NCBI GenBank assembly: GCA_900299405.1
Contig: OMJP01000025.1
Span: forward strand, 3,017-67,016
Source: a bacterium
GTDB lineage: Bacteria; Patescibacteriota; Microgenomatia; UBA1400; PJMF01
DNA length: 64,000 nucleotides
Direction: 5' to 3'
The notes below the pieces were generated by a model. It was given only the letters and a program-made list of their open reading frames with translations. It ran no database searches and had not been told where the DNA came from. Position numbers and translations under genes: made by a program. The first letter of the stretch is position 1. Each line of letters begins with the position of its first letter. This document shows positions 1 through 9,623 of this stretch, piece after piece.

Positions 1-7
1 GCCAAGC

Positions 8-940
8 ATGTTTGTCGCCGAGATGCAGGAGCTCGATTCCGAAGAAAAACTATTCCAAGTGGTTGATCATCAGCAAATTCACCAACAAGCCGACCAGCAT
101 TTGGCCAAATTGCTCGAGCCAAACCAAGCGCTAATCACTGCAGATACTCAAAAAACTTATCTGCGCTGGCTGCTCGACAATTTCCGCTGGTCGCCCACCG
201 CTCTCGATGCCTATCTCAAAGATCCAGAAGAATTCATTCACTACAACTTACTGCGCGTGCCTCGGGCAAAAGCCTTGCCATTCTCTTTTGGTACTGCGGT
301 GCATAGCGCTCTCGAAAAGCACTACCAGGCTTTGCAGCAAGAGGGGAAACTACTATCCGTTGATCAACTATTGAAATACTTCGAGCAAGCTCTTTCCCAA
401 GAAATCTTGACCAAAAACGAGTTCGAAGATCGTCTCAAGTTCGGTAAAGAAATTCTCAGCCAATACCACCAGTATTATCAGGGAGATAAAGCCCAACCCC
501 TGCTCATCGAGCGTTTTTTCGGTAGCGGTAAACAGAAAGTGGTGCTCGATGATATCTTGCTGACAGGCCGCATTGATCGAATAGACTGGCTGAACCAAAA
601 AGCCAAGACTGTCAAAGTAGTCGACTACAAAACCGGTCGAGCCAAAAGCGCCAACGAAATCGAAGGCAAAACTGCTTCGACCAAATTATCCGAAAGAGAG
701 CAGCAACTACCCGACAGTATCAAAGGCTCATATAAAAGACAGTTATTATTTTATAAACTACTCACCGTGCTTGATAAAACTTTCCCTTATGAGGTAGTAG
801 AGGGGGAGTTTGATTTCATTCAGCCTAGCGATAGCGGCAGTTTTTTCCGACGTAATTTTTCTCTAGTAAAAGAAGATGTAACTGATTTAAAAAACCTCAT
901 CAAAGAAGTGGTTTCCGAACTACGACAACAATGGTCATAA
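8..940 (+). CDS. C-terminal PD-(D/E)XK nuclease domain of a UvrD/AddA-family helicase-nuclease (5' partial)
   Basis: ORF runs off window start; RecB-type nuclease motif GRIDRIDW...VKVVDYKTG near C-terminus. Confidence 0.5.
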   Translation: MFVAEMQELDSEEKLFQVVDHQQIHQQADQHLAKLLEPNQALITADTQKTYLRWLLDNFRWSPTALDAYLKDPEEFIHYNLLRVPRAKALPFSFGTAVHSALEKHYQALQQEGKLLSVDQLLKYFEQALSQEILTKNEFEDRLKFGKEILSQYHQYYQGDKAQPLLIERFFGSGKQKVVLDDILLTGRIDRIDWLNQKAKTVKVVDYKTGRAKSANEIEGKTASTKLSEREQQLPDSIKGSYKRQLLFYKLLTVLDKTFPYEVVEGEFDFIQPSDSGSFFRRNFSLVKEDVTDLKNLIKEVVSELRQQWS

Positions 941-1056
941 ACTCCTAGATTTTTTAATGTTATAGGGAATCCTATAACTATTGCAATATTGTCCTATATA
1001 GTATATACTGTAATTCTAGTTTTGCTAAAGTTAATAAGTTGAGAAATGGATGGCAT

Positions 1057-1635
1057 ATGAAGATAGTTTTTATAGCGTCTTTGTACGAGAAGGAAGCTCG
1101 CCAGTTCCATTATTTGTCGATTGTAGATTTGCTGGAAAGCCTGGGTCATCAGGTCATTCATCAGCACATTACCCAGCCTCAAGCCACTATTGAACAACTT
1201 ACCAGCTCTCAACCCAGCAATATCAAGTTTCACCAAAAAATCCTTAAACTAATCAAGAGTTCAGACTTGGTTGTGGCTGAAGTCACCAAACAAAGCGTTG
1301 GCGTCGGCTTCACTATCGCTGAGGCTCTAAAGGCTGACAAACCAGTGCTCGCTCTCAGTTCAGGAGAGATTCCGCCCATTACCAACTTCCTGGAAAAGCA
1401 TGATCTGTTGCTTGTGCATCACTATCCCAATATTCGCCAGCTCGAAGATGAGCTGGCTTTTTTATTGACCCAAATCGAGCCTCGCAAAGACAAAAAATTC
1501 AATATGTTTTTGTCGCTGGAGTTAGATCAATACTTGCTTGAGGCTGCGACCAACAAGAAGTTATCAAAATCAGAATACCTTCGTCGTCTGATAGAAAAAG
1601 ACCAACAACAAACAGCAGCTCTAGCCAAAGGCTAG
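1057..1635 (+). CDS. hypothetical protein: SLOG/nucleoside 2-deoxyribosyltransferase-like Rossmann domain fused to C-terminal ribbon-helix-helix
   Basis: KIVFIAS...SDLVVAEVT...GVGFTIAEAL...KPVLAL pattern; C-terminal FNMFLSLELDQYLLEAA...SEYLRRLIE resembles an RHH beta-strand plus helices; ATG at 1057 preferred over TTG at 1039. Confidence 0.45.
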   Translation: MKIVFIASLYEKEARQFHYLSIVDLLESLGHQVIHQHITQPQATIEQLTSSQPSNIKFHQKILKLIKSSDLVVAEVTKQSVGVGFTIAEALKADKPVLALSSGEIPPITNFLEKHDLLLVHHYPNIRQLEDELAFLLTQIEPRKDKKFNMFLSLELDQYLLEAATNKKLSKSEYLRRLIEKDQQQTAALAKG

Positions 1636-1658
1636 TTTTTTGCTTTATACTGGGTAAT

Positions 1659-2675
1659 ATGTTTGATTGGCTCTCTACCAAGAATAAAACTCAAGTAGTA
1701 ATTTCTCCCAGTATCGTGGTCTTCACCATCGCTTTCCTGGGCTTTGTTTACTTCCTGTTTTCGATCAAAAACATTTTGATGCTGGTGTTCTTGGCTTTCA
1801 TTCTAATGGTTGCTCTAAACCCAGCCGTCAATAGATTTCACAAAAAACTGCATTTACCTAGGGGACTGAGTATTACCTTGGCTTACGTGCTGTTCTTTTT
1901 CCTGATTGCTGCGGTAACTGCTTTGGTGTTACCACCCCTGACTAGTGAGTTGGTCAGACTAGTGAAAACCATTGATCTGCCTTATCTGCAAAGCATGATC
2001 GGTAGCAACTTTCAATTTTCCAATCTAGAAATTGGCAGCCTGGTCAATCAGTTCACCAGTTCGATTAATTTCCTGGTGAGTGCCGTTACCAGTACTTTCA
2101 CGAGTATCTTCACCTTTATTACCCTAATGATTATTTCTTTTTACTTGATGCTTGATCGTCCTAATTTGTACAAGAAGGCATCATGGTTTGCTAAAAATAA
2201 AAAACAAATAGCCCAAGCTGAAGAATTTATTGACAGTCTGGAAAAACAATTGGGAGGTTGGGTGAGGGGACAAGTCATTCTGATGGCTTCGATTGCTTTG
2301 ATGACTTATTTTGCTCTGACCATTCTGCAGATTCCGTTTGCTTTACCCCTGGCGATTATTGCTGGTTTGTTGGAAATCTTGCCCAATCTTGGCCCAGTGG
2401 TCTCGGCCGTTCCGGCGATCGCAATTGCTTATATCAATTTTGGTCCTGGTATGGCGGTGGCGATGGTGGTGCTTTACACCGTTATTCAGCAACTGGAAGG
2501 CAATCTACTGGTTCCCAAAATCATGCGTAAAAATGCTCATGTTAATCCGCTAGTTTCAATCGTTTCTATCTTGATCGGGCTACAACTGGGCGGGGTGATC
2601 GGAGCTTTGCTAGCTATTCCCGTCTATATCACGCTGAGAGCCGTCTATTCTGCTTGGAGAAATTCTCACTCGTAA
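1659..2675 (+). CDS. AI-2E family transporter (PerM/UPF0118)
   Basis: Polytopic membrane ORF with family-typical GGW...ILPNLGPVVSAVPAIAIA segment. Confidence 0.8.
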   Translation: MFDWLSTKNKTQVVISPSIVVFTIAFLGFVYFLFSIKNILMLVFLAFILMVALNPAVNRFHKKLHLPRGLSITLAYVLFFFLIAAVTALVLPPLTSELVRLVKTIDLPYLQSMIGSNFQFSNLEIGSLVNQFTSSINFLVSAVTSTFTSIFTFITLMIISFYLMLDRPNLYKKASWFAKNKKQIAQAEEFIDSLEKQLGGWVRGQVILMASIALMTYFALTILQIPFALPLAIIAGLLEILPNLGPVVSAVPAIAIAYINFGPGMAVAMVVLYTVIQQLEGNLLVPKIMRKNAHVNPLVSIVSILIGLQLGGVIGALLAIPVYITLRAVYSAWRNSHS

Positions 2676-2706
2676 ATTGCCAGTTTTCTCTGATGAGTAA
2701 GATATA

Positions 2707-3837
2707 ATGCCGCTGATGGCAAAAAGTAGTTTGGCTGTTTATGCGTTTTCTGGCGATCCGATCACCTTCGGACATCTGGATATCATCGTGAGAGCCAAAA
2801 AGCTGTTTTCCAGAGTGATCGTCGCCATCGGCACCAACCCTGACAAATCCTATACTTTCAGCCTCAAAGAGCGCGTTCAGCTCGCCAAACAAGCCACCGC
2901 TCATCTGGATAAAGTCAAAGTGGTAAGTTTTGATGGCTTACTAGTCGATTTTGCTTATGAGCAGGGCGCTACAGCGATTGTCAAAGGGGTGCGCGACGTA
3001 TCTGATTTCCAATATGAACAAACCCTGAACAGTGTGGGTCTTAGCCAAAATCATGGCATCGAGACCGTGATTCTCTTTGCCCGCCCAGAGCTGGCACATA
3101 TTAGTTCCAGCGCTGTCAAAGACCTACAACGAGCCCAGGGACTAGTTCAAGACTATGTGTCTTTGGCAGTGAAAGTAGCTTTGGAGCATAAAATTTCTGG
3201 TCAAACCATCATCGGCATCACCGGTGAGATTGCCAGCGGTAAAACCTATCTGGCAGAAAAACTCACTGAGTTTGGCGAAAAGCAGGGCAGAGAACTACAT
3301 AATATTGATTTAGATCAGCTTGCTCACCAGATTCAGGATGAACTAACCGAGCCGCAGTATCAACAAGTGCGCCAACAAATCATCGACGAGTTTGGCAAAG
3401 AAATAAAAAAGAAAAATGGTTCGATCAATCGTCAAAAACTGGGAGAGCTTGTTTTCTCCGACAGAGAAAAACTGGACAGACTAAACCAAATCATGTGGAA
3501 GCCAGTGTTGGTGCGCCTGCGTCGTGAGCTGCAAGGTAAACAAGGAATCATCCTCATTAACAGCGCCTTGCTGGCAGAAGCTGATCTGCTGGCGGTCTGT
3601 AACAATCGCATTGTTCTCACCGAAGTAGACGAAAAAACCCAGAGGAAAAGACTAAAAGATCGTGGCTTGGATGCCAAGCAAATCAAGCGCCGGCTTGATT
3701 CTCAATTTACTGCTGGCAAAAAGAGAGAGTTGATTGAACAAGCCCTCCAAAAAGACTTTTTTGGTACCTTGTGGCAAGTGTCTGATCAGGCTGATCTGGA
3801 ACAATTTGCCAAGGAATTACTGACAGAGATTTCTTAA
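2707..3837 (+). CDS. coaDE: bifunctional phosphopantetheine adenylyltransferase / dephospho-CoA kinase (CoaD-CoaE fusion)
   Basis: N-terminus AVYAFSGDPITFGHLDII...LAKQATAHL matches PPAT; C-terminus IIGITGEIASGKTYLAEKL P-loop matches dephospho-CoA kinase; single continuous ORF. Confidence 0.8.
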   Translation: MPLMAKSSLAVYAFSGDPITFGHLDIIVRAKKLFSRVIVAIGTNPDKSYTFSLKERVQLAKQATAHLDKVKVVSFDGLLVDFAYEQGATAIVKGVRDVSDFQYEQTLNSVGLSQNHGIETVILFARPELAHISSSAVKDLQRAQGLVQDYVSLAVKVALEHKISGQTIIGITGEIASGKTYLAEKLTEFGEKQGRELHNIDLDQLAHQIQDELTEPQYQQVRQQIIDEFGKEIKKKNGSINRQKLGELVFSDREKLDRLNQIMWKPVLVRLRRELQGKQGIILINSALLAEADLLAVCNNRIVLTEVDEKTQRKRLKDRGLDAKQIKRRLDSQFTAGKKRELIEQALQKDFFGTLWQVSDQADLEQFAKELLTEIS

Positions 3838-3852
3838 TCTTCAAAACTCTTG

Positions 3853-3925
3853 TGCCAAGCTGAGGAGTCGAACCTCAATCTCATGTTTTTCAGACACGCG
3901 CCGTGACCACCTTGGCTAGCTTGGC
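3853..3925 (-). tRNA. tRNA-Phe (GAA)
   Basis: Cloverleaf on minus strand; GGTTCGACTCC T-arm; anticodon loop CUGAAAA. Confidence 0.8.
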
Positions 3926-3951
3926 TCTACAATACGATTGTTAATTTTCGT

Positions 3952-4024
3952 GGACTCGAGAGGGCTCGAACCTCTGACCTTCCGGATGTAAACCGGACGC
4001 TCTAACCAACTGAGCTACGAGTCC
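3952..4024 (-). tRNA. tRNA-Val (TAC)
   Basis: GGACTCG acceptor, UA GCTCAGTTGGTTAGAGC D-arm, anticodon loop UUUACAU, GGTTCGAGCC T-arm. Confidence 0.85.
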
Positions 4025-4090
4025 CAATCTAGTTGGTAGTTAATAGTTGATAGACGCTTAGTCTTAACTATGAACTCTTAACTAGTTCCG

Positions 4091-4172
4091 TGCCCAGGAG
4101 AGGATTTGAACCTCCAAGGATTGCTCCATACGCACCTCAAGCGTACGCGTCTACCAATTTCGCCACCTGGGC
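4091..4172 (-). tRNA. tRNA-Leu (GAG)
   Basis: Type II tRNA with long variable arm; anticodon loop UUGAGGU. Confidence 0.8.
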
Positions 4173-4194
4173 TCAAAACTCTCCGGGGGCAATG

Positions 4195-4268
4195 AGCGAG
4201 AAACGGGACTCGAACCCGCGACCTTCTCCTTGGCAAGGAGACGCTCTAGCCAACTGAGCTATTCTCGC
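4195..4268 (-). tRNA. tRNA-Gly (GCC)
   Basis: GCGAGAA acceptor, anticodon loop UUGCCAA, GGTTCGAGTCC T-arm. Confidence 0.85.
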
Positions 4269-4338
4269 TTTTTAACTTAATTTTTTAAGTTGCTTAACCA
4301 GTCCTAACCAGTTAAGGTTACCAATTATATAACATTTG

Positions 4339-4423
4339 TGCCAGAGGTGGGACTTGAACCCACACGCCCGCAAGGAGCACTAGTTCCTGAAACTAGCCTG
4401 TCTACCAATTCCAGCACTCTGGC
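4339..4423 (-). tRNA. tRNA-Leu (CAG)
   Basis: Type II tRNA; anticodon loop UUCAGGA; long variable arm. Confidence 0.8.
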
Positions 4424-4451
4424 GAAAACAAGACCCTATTATAACAGTGAA

Positions 4452-5171
4452 TTAGCGCATTATCGTCGCTTTTAGACGTTGGAAAGCGGGGAACTTACGA
4501 CGGAAAGCCATCATGATCACATCTACCGCCTCATCGATAGAGTAGTGAGTGGTGTTTAGGGTAATGTCGTAGGCATTGCTTTTGTTTAGGTCTTGCTTAA
4601 AGTAGGTTTTGACAAACTCGGTTCGTTCTTTTTCTACCCGAGCAATCACTTCTTTGGCCTTTTCTTCGTTGAAACCTTCAAACTCCATCGCTCGCTGCAC
4701 CCGTACGTCGTAGGGAGCTACAATGTTGACGTGCAATCCTCTGGCAAAGGGAGTAATAAAGTTGCCTCCTCTTCCTAAGATAATGCAGTTGCCCTCGTGG
4801 GCAAAAGTGAGAATGACCCGACTTAGTTCTTTGGCAAAGCGATTGCCATCGACATATTCTGGGTTGAGCACTGAATGAACGATGTCGTTCACGTAGGTGC
4901 GGCCTTTTTCATCGATGCGCTTGATGATTGCTTTACGCTTTCTGGTAGATTTGGCTACTTCGTCAACAATTGACTCATCGCGCACCCGGAAATTTAGTTT
5001 TTCACCCAGCCTTCTGGCGATCGGTGCGCCACCGCTGCCCGGTTCGCGAGCGATGGTGATAAACGGTCTTTCAAAAAAATGTTCCTCAGAATCAGCTTCT
5101 TTGAGTAGCTGATCTTTGATGTTCAGAGTAGAAACAATTTTGTTGACGAGGGGATAGTAATCGATTTTCAT
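4452..5171 (-). CDS. cytidylate kinase-like family protein (AAA/P-loop)
   Basis: ITIAREPGSGGAPIARRLGEKL N-terminal P-loop-like segment typical of the cytidylate-kinase-like family. Confidence 0.6.
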   Translation of the reverse strand: MKIDYYPLVNKIVSTLNIKDQLLKEADSEEHFFERPFITIAREPGSGGAPIARRLGEKLNFRVRDESIVDEVAKSTRKRKAIIKRIDEKGRTYVNDIVHSVLNPEYVDGNRFAKELSRVILTFAHEGNCIILGRGGNFITPFARGLHVNIVAPYDVRVQRAMEFEGFNEEKAKEVIARVEKERTEFVKTYFKQDLNKSNAYDITLNTTHYSIDEAVDVIMMAFRRKFPAFQRLKATIMR

Positions 5172-5242
5172 TTGCCACAGTATAACCCATTTTCAGGATT
5201 TTTTAATGTTTCGTTTGGGATTTGTTCGGTATTTAAATAAAC

Positions 5243-5275
5243 CTCCAGACAAGATAAAAATGTTATAATCTGGAG
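5243..5275 (+). promoter_or_regulatory. extended -10 promoter (TGtTATAAT at 5261-5269) for tRNA-Arg, bracketed by 7-bp inverted repeat CTCCAGA/TCTGGAG
   Basis: TGTTATAAT lies 11 nt upstream of the tRNA 5' end; perfect IR at 5243-5249 and 5269-5275. Confidence 0.45.
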
Positions 5276-5280
5276 ATACG

Positions 5281-5353
5281 CGCCCGTGGCCTAATGGATA
5301 GGGCACTTGTCTTCGGAACAAGGTTTGTACAGGTTCAAGTCCTGTCGGGCGCA
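5281..5353 (+). tRNA. tRNA-Arg (TCG)
   Basis: GCGCCCG acceptor; anticodon stem CTTGT/ACAAG with loop CUUCGGA; GGTTCAAGTCC T-arm. Confidence 0.8.
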
Positions 5354-5393
5354 CAAATATATAGAGAGCTCGAATCCCTCCTGAGGCACGTTA

Positions 5394-6293
5394 TTATTCT
5401 TCGCTTGCTTCCGTCCTAGTAGAAACAAAATCTTTATAGTCTGAATCGGGATCATAAATGCTATACGAAAACTCGATTTCACCAGGATCTTCTTCGGGCT
5501 GTTCTTTTTTAGCCTTTTTTGTTTTTTTGGTTAAATATTGAGCCCTGTCTGCTGCCTCCAGCAGTGTTTCAACACTTAAATTATCTTTGGGTATTTGGCT
5601 GGCTGAAGCAAAGCCAAAACTTGCACTTAGGTTAAATAATAACTCTCTGGTATTTTTTTCAGCAATGTTGGTGTTTTGTTTTTCAAGACCTTCGATGATT
5701 CTTTCTACCACAAGTTTCGCTACTTCGAGGTTGGTAGAAAGCAACAACACAAATTCATCTCCTCCATACCGGTATATACTGTCCATCAGACGAGTGGTGT
5801 TGACAATGGTTCGATAAAAACTTTTGATAGCAACATCACCAACAACGTGCCCATAAGTGTCATTGATTTTTTTAAGACCGCCCAAATCCATAATCACTAG
5901 AGTAAAATCCTGACCAGTTTTGGAGTAGTTTTCAAAATGAGTATTAAAGTCCTTGCCAAATCTAAACCTGTTCAAAGAGCCAGTAAGAGAGTCTGTTTCT
6001 GACTCGCGCTCAGCTTCTTCAAACTTCCTGTCCTTGTCAGCCAATCGCTCAGCAGCAACAACCATAAATTTCAAGGCCGATGGCGGTCCATTTTGATAGC
6101 TTTCCATTAATCCTTGTCGTAAAGAGGATTCTCGAGCACCATCCTTCAATAGCTTCTGTCTAACGTCATAAAGCCTAATAATTAAATCAGCAGCAGCAGC
6201 AGCAACTTTCTTTTCCCCAGCAACGCGAAGGTCATCCAGCAGCAGCAACATTGCCTGACGAAAGTCTTCATTTTCTTTGCTCAGTTCTTTCAA
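5394..6293 (-). CDS. GGDEF-domain diguanylate cyclase with intact I-site
   Basis: RYGGDEF active-site motif preceded by RLMD (RxxD I-site); N-terminal coiled region. Confidence 0.8.
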   Translation of the reverse strand: MKELSKENEDFRQAMLLLLDDLRVAGEKKVAAAAADLIIRLYDVRQKLLKDGARESSLRQGLMESYQNGPPSALKFMVVAAERLADKDRKFEEAERESETDSLTGSLNRFRFGKDFNTHFENYSKTGQDFTLVIMDLGGLKKINDTYGHVVGDVAIKSFYRTIVNTTRLMDSIYRYGGDEFVLLLSTNLEVAKLVVERIIEGLEKQNTNIAEKNTRELLFNLSASFGFASASQIPKDNLSVETLLEAADRAQYLTKKTKKAKKEQPEEDPGEIEFSYSIYDPDSDYKDFVSTRTEASEE

Positions 6294-6421
6294 TGGTGGT
6301 TGAAGTTCGTTTCTATTTAAATTTTCTGAGACGATTTAATTTTAACCAAATATTAATAATAATGATAGGACTCCAGGCTAGCAATCTCTAGAGAAAAAAA
6401 GTACAATACCAGTCGGTGGGC

Positions 6422-6495
6422 GGGCCAGTAGCTCAGTTGGTTAGAGCATCTGCCTCTTAAGCAGAGTGTCGTGAGTTCGAGTCTCACCTGGCTCA
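6422..6495 (+). tRNA. tRNA-Lys (CTT)
   Basis: GGGCCAG UA GCTCAGTTGGTTAGAGC; anticodon loop CUCUUAA; GAGTTCGAGTCTCAC T-arm. Confidence 0.8.
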
Positions 6496-6505
6496 CAAAG
6501 AAATT

Positions 6506-6799
6506 TTATAGGGTTGGAGTGTACTTAAATGCTTTTTTAAATGCTTTTAGCAATTTTTCAAATTTGTATTTACTTTGAATTCTTTCAGCCTTCAGATCTC
6601 TTAGCTTGGCGATAACTTCCATCTCAAAATTTCGCCAATCATTGGCTTCCCCAAAACCCAATCCGGGCTTCATCAATCTATGAAACAGCATCTCTGCTTT
6701 CATATCAATTTCTAGTACTTCAGGAGTGAAATCTCCTTTTCCAAAAACATTTTTGAGTAGTTCGGGTGGCCAACCGCCCATTTGTTCGTGCTGTGGCAT
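6506..6799 (-). CDS. hypothetical small protein
   Basis: ORF only; internal Met start chosen to avoid overlap with prs. Confidence 0.3.
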   Translation of the reverse strand: MPQHEQMGGWPPELLKNVFGKGDFTPEVLEIDMKAEMLFHRLMKPGLGFGEANDWRNFEMEVIAKLRDLKAERIQSKYKFEKLLKAFKKAFKYTPTL

Positions 6800-6847
6800 A
6801 AGAGCGAAATTGTAACACAAGCGTTTTACATGCGCTATAATACTGCC

Positions 6848-7735
6848 ATGAAAGTCATCTCTGGCTCTTCGAATCCCCAACTGGCAAAAAATATTGCCCA
6901 GCAGCTAAAGACTGACTTGATTCCCTGCAAGATCGATAAGTTTGCCAATGGCGAAAAACGCATCATGGTCGATGCTGGTGCCCGCGGACAAAAAATTCTG
7001 CTGGTGCAATCGTTTTCCAAGCCGGTAGATGAGCACATCATCGAAACTTTGCTGATCGCAGACGCTCTGGAAAGACTGGGGGTGAAAAGCATTGAGTTGT
7101 TTGTGCCTTGGTTCGGTTACTCATTCCAAGACAAGGTTTTCCTGCCGGGTGAACCTTTGTCTGCTAAGGTGGTAGCTCGAATCTTGAGCGAAACATCGAT
7201 CAATAAAGCCTACCTGCTAGACCTGCACAACATCAGCATTCCAGGATTTTTCTCGATTCCTACTTATCACCTAACAGCCATGGATGTCTTTGCTCAGCAC
7301 GTCCAGAAAAAATACAAACTCAGCAATACTCTGGTCGTCAGCCCAGATTATGGCGGGCTGAAGAGAGCGAGAGCTTTTGCTGATATTCTCGATCTCGATC
7401 TGGCCAGTGTCGAAAAAAGGCGCAATCTCAAAACCGGCGAAGTTACTACCTCCAAACTCGATGGGGAAGTGGAGGGTAAAAACGTTTTGATTTTTGACGA
7501 CGCTATTTTGTCCGGCGGCACTACCGTCGAAGTTTCCAAGTTTCTCAAAGACCACGGAGCCAAAAAAATTCATTTCTTTGCCACCCATGGAGTCTTTACT
7601 GGCGAGGCCATCAAAGATCTGCAAAAATCCCCAGTAGACAGCGTCACCATTACCAATTCTATTTATCAGGATAAATTACCTGGAAAAATCGCTGTTCTAG
7701 ATATCTCATCTTCTCTGGTAGAAAATTTGTCATAG
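6848..7735 (+). CDS. prs: ribose-phosphate pyrophosphokinase (PRPP synthetase)
   Basis: MKVISGSSNPQLAKNIAQQL... N-terminus and overall PRPP synthetase pattern. Confidence 0.9.
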   Translation: MKVISGSSNPQLAKNIAQQLKTDLIPCKIDKFANGEKRIMVDAGARGQKILLVQSFSKPVDEHIIETLLIADALERLGVKSIELFVPWFGYSFQDKVFLPGEPLSAKVVARILSETSINKAYLLDLHNISIPGFFSIPTYHLTAMDVFAQHVQKKYKLSNTLVVSPDYGGLKRARAFADILDLDLASVEKRRNLKTGEVTTSKLDGEVEGKNVLIFDDAILSGGTTVEVSKFLKDHGAKKIHFFATHGVFTGEAIKDLQKSPVDSVTITNSIYQDKLPGKIAVLDISSSLVENLS

Positions 7736-7776
7736 TAGCACTACAATAACTATTTTCCTCGCAAAAAAGGAGAATT

Positions 7777-9582
7777 ATGAATCAAGCGCAGCTGCGTAAT
7801 ATCGCTATTATCGCCCATGTAGACCACGGTAAAACCACACTAGTGGATGCCATGCTAAAGCAAACCAAAACTTTTGCCGATCATCAAAAAGAGAATCAGG
7901 CCACCACCATCATGGATTCTAATGAACTCGAGAGAGAAAAAGGCGTCACTATTCTGGCCAAAAATACCGCAGTTTTCTGGCAGGACTACAAAATTAATAT
8001 CTTGGATACTCCAGGACATGCCGACTTTTCTGGTGAAGTAGAGCGAGTGCTGAATATGGCAGATGGTTGTATTCTCTTGGTGGATGCCGCCGAAGGGGTG
8101 CTGTCACAAACTCGGTTTGTCTTGAGACTGGCTCTAGAATTGGGGCTGGTACCCATCGTGCTGATCAATAAAGTAGATCGTAAAGATCAGCGGGTCAAAG
8201 AAGTAGAGCAAGAAATTGGTGATTTGTTTTTGGAACTAGCCACCCAAGATTTTCAGCTAGATTTTCCTGTTCTGTATGGTCGAGGAATAGAGGGGATTGT
8301 TGGCAGAGAAACAACAGAGCAGTCAGATTATTCACTTAATATTACTGATAGCACTGACTTGGCACCACTGTTTGAAACGATTGTCGAAAAAATTCCTGCA
8401 CCAGTTGGCGATCAAAACGCACCACTGCAGCTTCAGGTTAATTCTCTAGACTGGGATCAGCACAAAGGCAGAATTGCGATCGGGAGAATTTTCCAAGGAA
8501 CGGCTGAGGTGGGCCAGCAGGTTGCTTTGCTGCGCACTAACGGCGAATCTATTAAAACCACGATCGGTTACCTATTCAATCATTTCGGTTTGGAAAGAAA
8601 AGAGGTAGAAAAAGCCACCGCTGGAGAAATAGTGGCAGTGGCAGGCATTGATGATCCCGGCATCGGTGACACCATTGCTGACGCCAATCAACCCGTAGCC
8701 TTACCCCAAATGTCGATTTCTGAACCAACAGTAAAAATGCAGCTAATGATTAACACTTCGCCATTTGCTGGCTTGGAGGCAGAATTTTCCACTGCTCGGC
8801 AGCTACAGAATCGTCTCAAACAAGAACTAGAGACAAATGTTGGCCTGCGAGTGCTCCCCGGCACTAGTGCAGAAAACATGATTATCGTAGGTAGGGGGGA
8901 ACTACACTTGGCAATCTTGATCGAGACTATGCGTCGCGAGGGCTTTGAGTTTGCTCTCTCTCGTCCCCAAGTGGTGCTGAAAGAGGAGGCCGGCCAAACC
9001 ATGGAACCCTGGGAATACGTCACCATCGATGTTCCTGAGGATTACACTGGCAAAATTACTTCTAGCATGTCCCAGCGTCGAGGAAATTTGAAAAACATGC
9101 ACCACACCAAAAGCGGAGTGCGTTTTGAATACGAAATCTCTACTGCTAATCTGATCGGTTATCGCAGCGAACTGCTAACTGCCACTTCCGGAGCTGGGCT
9201 GCTAAACAACACTTTCTTGGAGTACAGACCTTTATCGCAAAGAGCTGATGTTGTCAGAGGAGGCGCCATGATCGCTCACGAAACAGGTTCTGTGACTGCC
9301 TACTCACTAGAAAAAGCTCAGCAAAGGGGAAAGTTATTTGTGGATCCTGGAGACAGGGTTTACGCTGGTCAGGTAGTGGGTATTCACAAACGCTTGGAAG
9401 ATATCACTATGAATGTAGTGCGCGGAAAAAAACTAACCAACATGCGTGCAGCCAGTGCCGACGCCACCGTAGTGCTAGCCCCTGCTTGGAAGCCATCTTT
9501 GGAACAATTTTTGACAATCATCGGTGAAAAAGAAGTGCTGGAAGTTACCCCACAAAGCTTGAGATTGAGAAGTCTTCAATAA
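7777..9582 (+). CDS. typA: translational GTPase TypA/BipA
   Basis: [18 protein letters not shown]1 motif and DTPGHADF; ~600 aa as expected for BipA. Confidence 0.9.
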   Translation: MNQAQLRNIAIIAHVDHGKTTLVDAMLKQTKTFADHQKENQATTIMDSNELEREKGVTILAKNTAVFWQDYKINILDTPGHADFSGEVERVLNMADGCILLVDAAEGVLSQTRFVLRLALELGLVPIVLINKVDRKDQRVKEVEQEIGDLFLELATQDFQLDFPVLYGRGIEGIVGRETTEQSDYSLNITDSTDLAPLFETIVEKIPAPVGDQNAPLQLQVNSLDWDQHKGRIAIGRIFQGTAEVGQQVALLRTNGESIKTTIGYLFNHFGLERKEVEKATAGEIVAVAGIDDPGIGDTIADANQPVALPQMSISEPTVKMQLMINTSPFAGLEAEFSTARQLQNRLKQELETNVGLRVLPGTSAENMIIVGRGELHLAILIETMRREGFEFALSRPQVVLKEEAGQTMEPWEYVTIDVPEDYTGKITSSMSQRRGNLKNMHHTKSGVRFEYEISTANLIGYRSELLTATSGAGLLNNTFLEYRPLSQRADVVRGGAMIAHETGSVTAYSLEKAQQRGKLFVDPGDRVYAGQVVGIHKRLEDITMNVVRGKKLTNMRAASADATVVLAPAWKPSLEQFLTIIGEKEVLEVTPQSLRLRSLQ

Positions 9583-9623
9583 AATACTAGTTTCATATAC
9601 AATTGACCATATCAGGAAGAATT

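Noticed and set aside
2258-2553. Two nested plus-strand ORFs inside the AI-2E transporter gene
   Set aside because: They are alternative frames of a well-supported membrane protein CDS.
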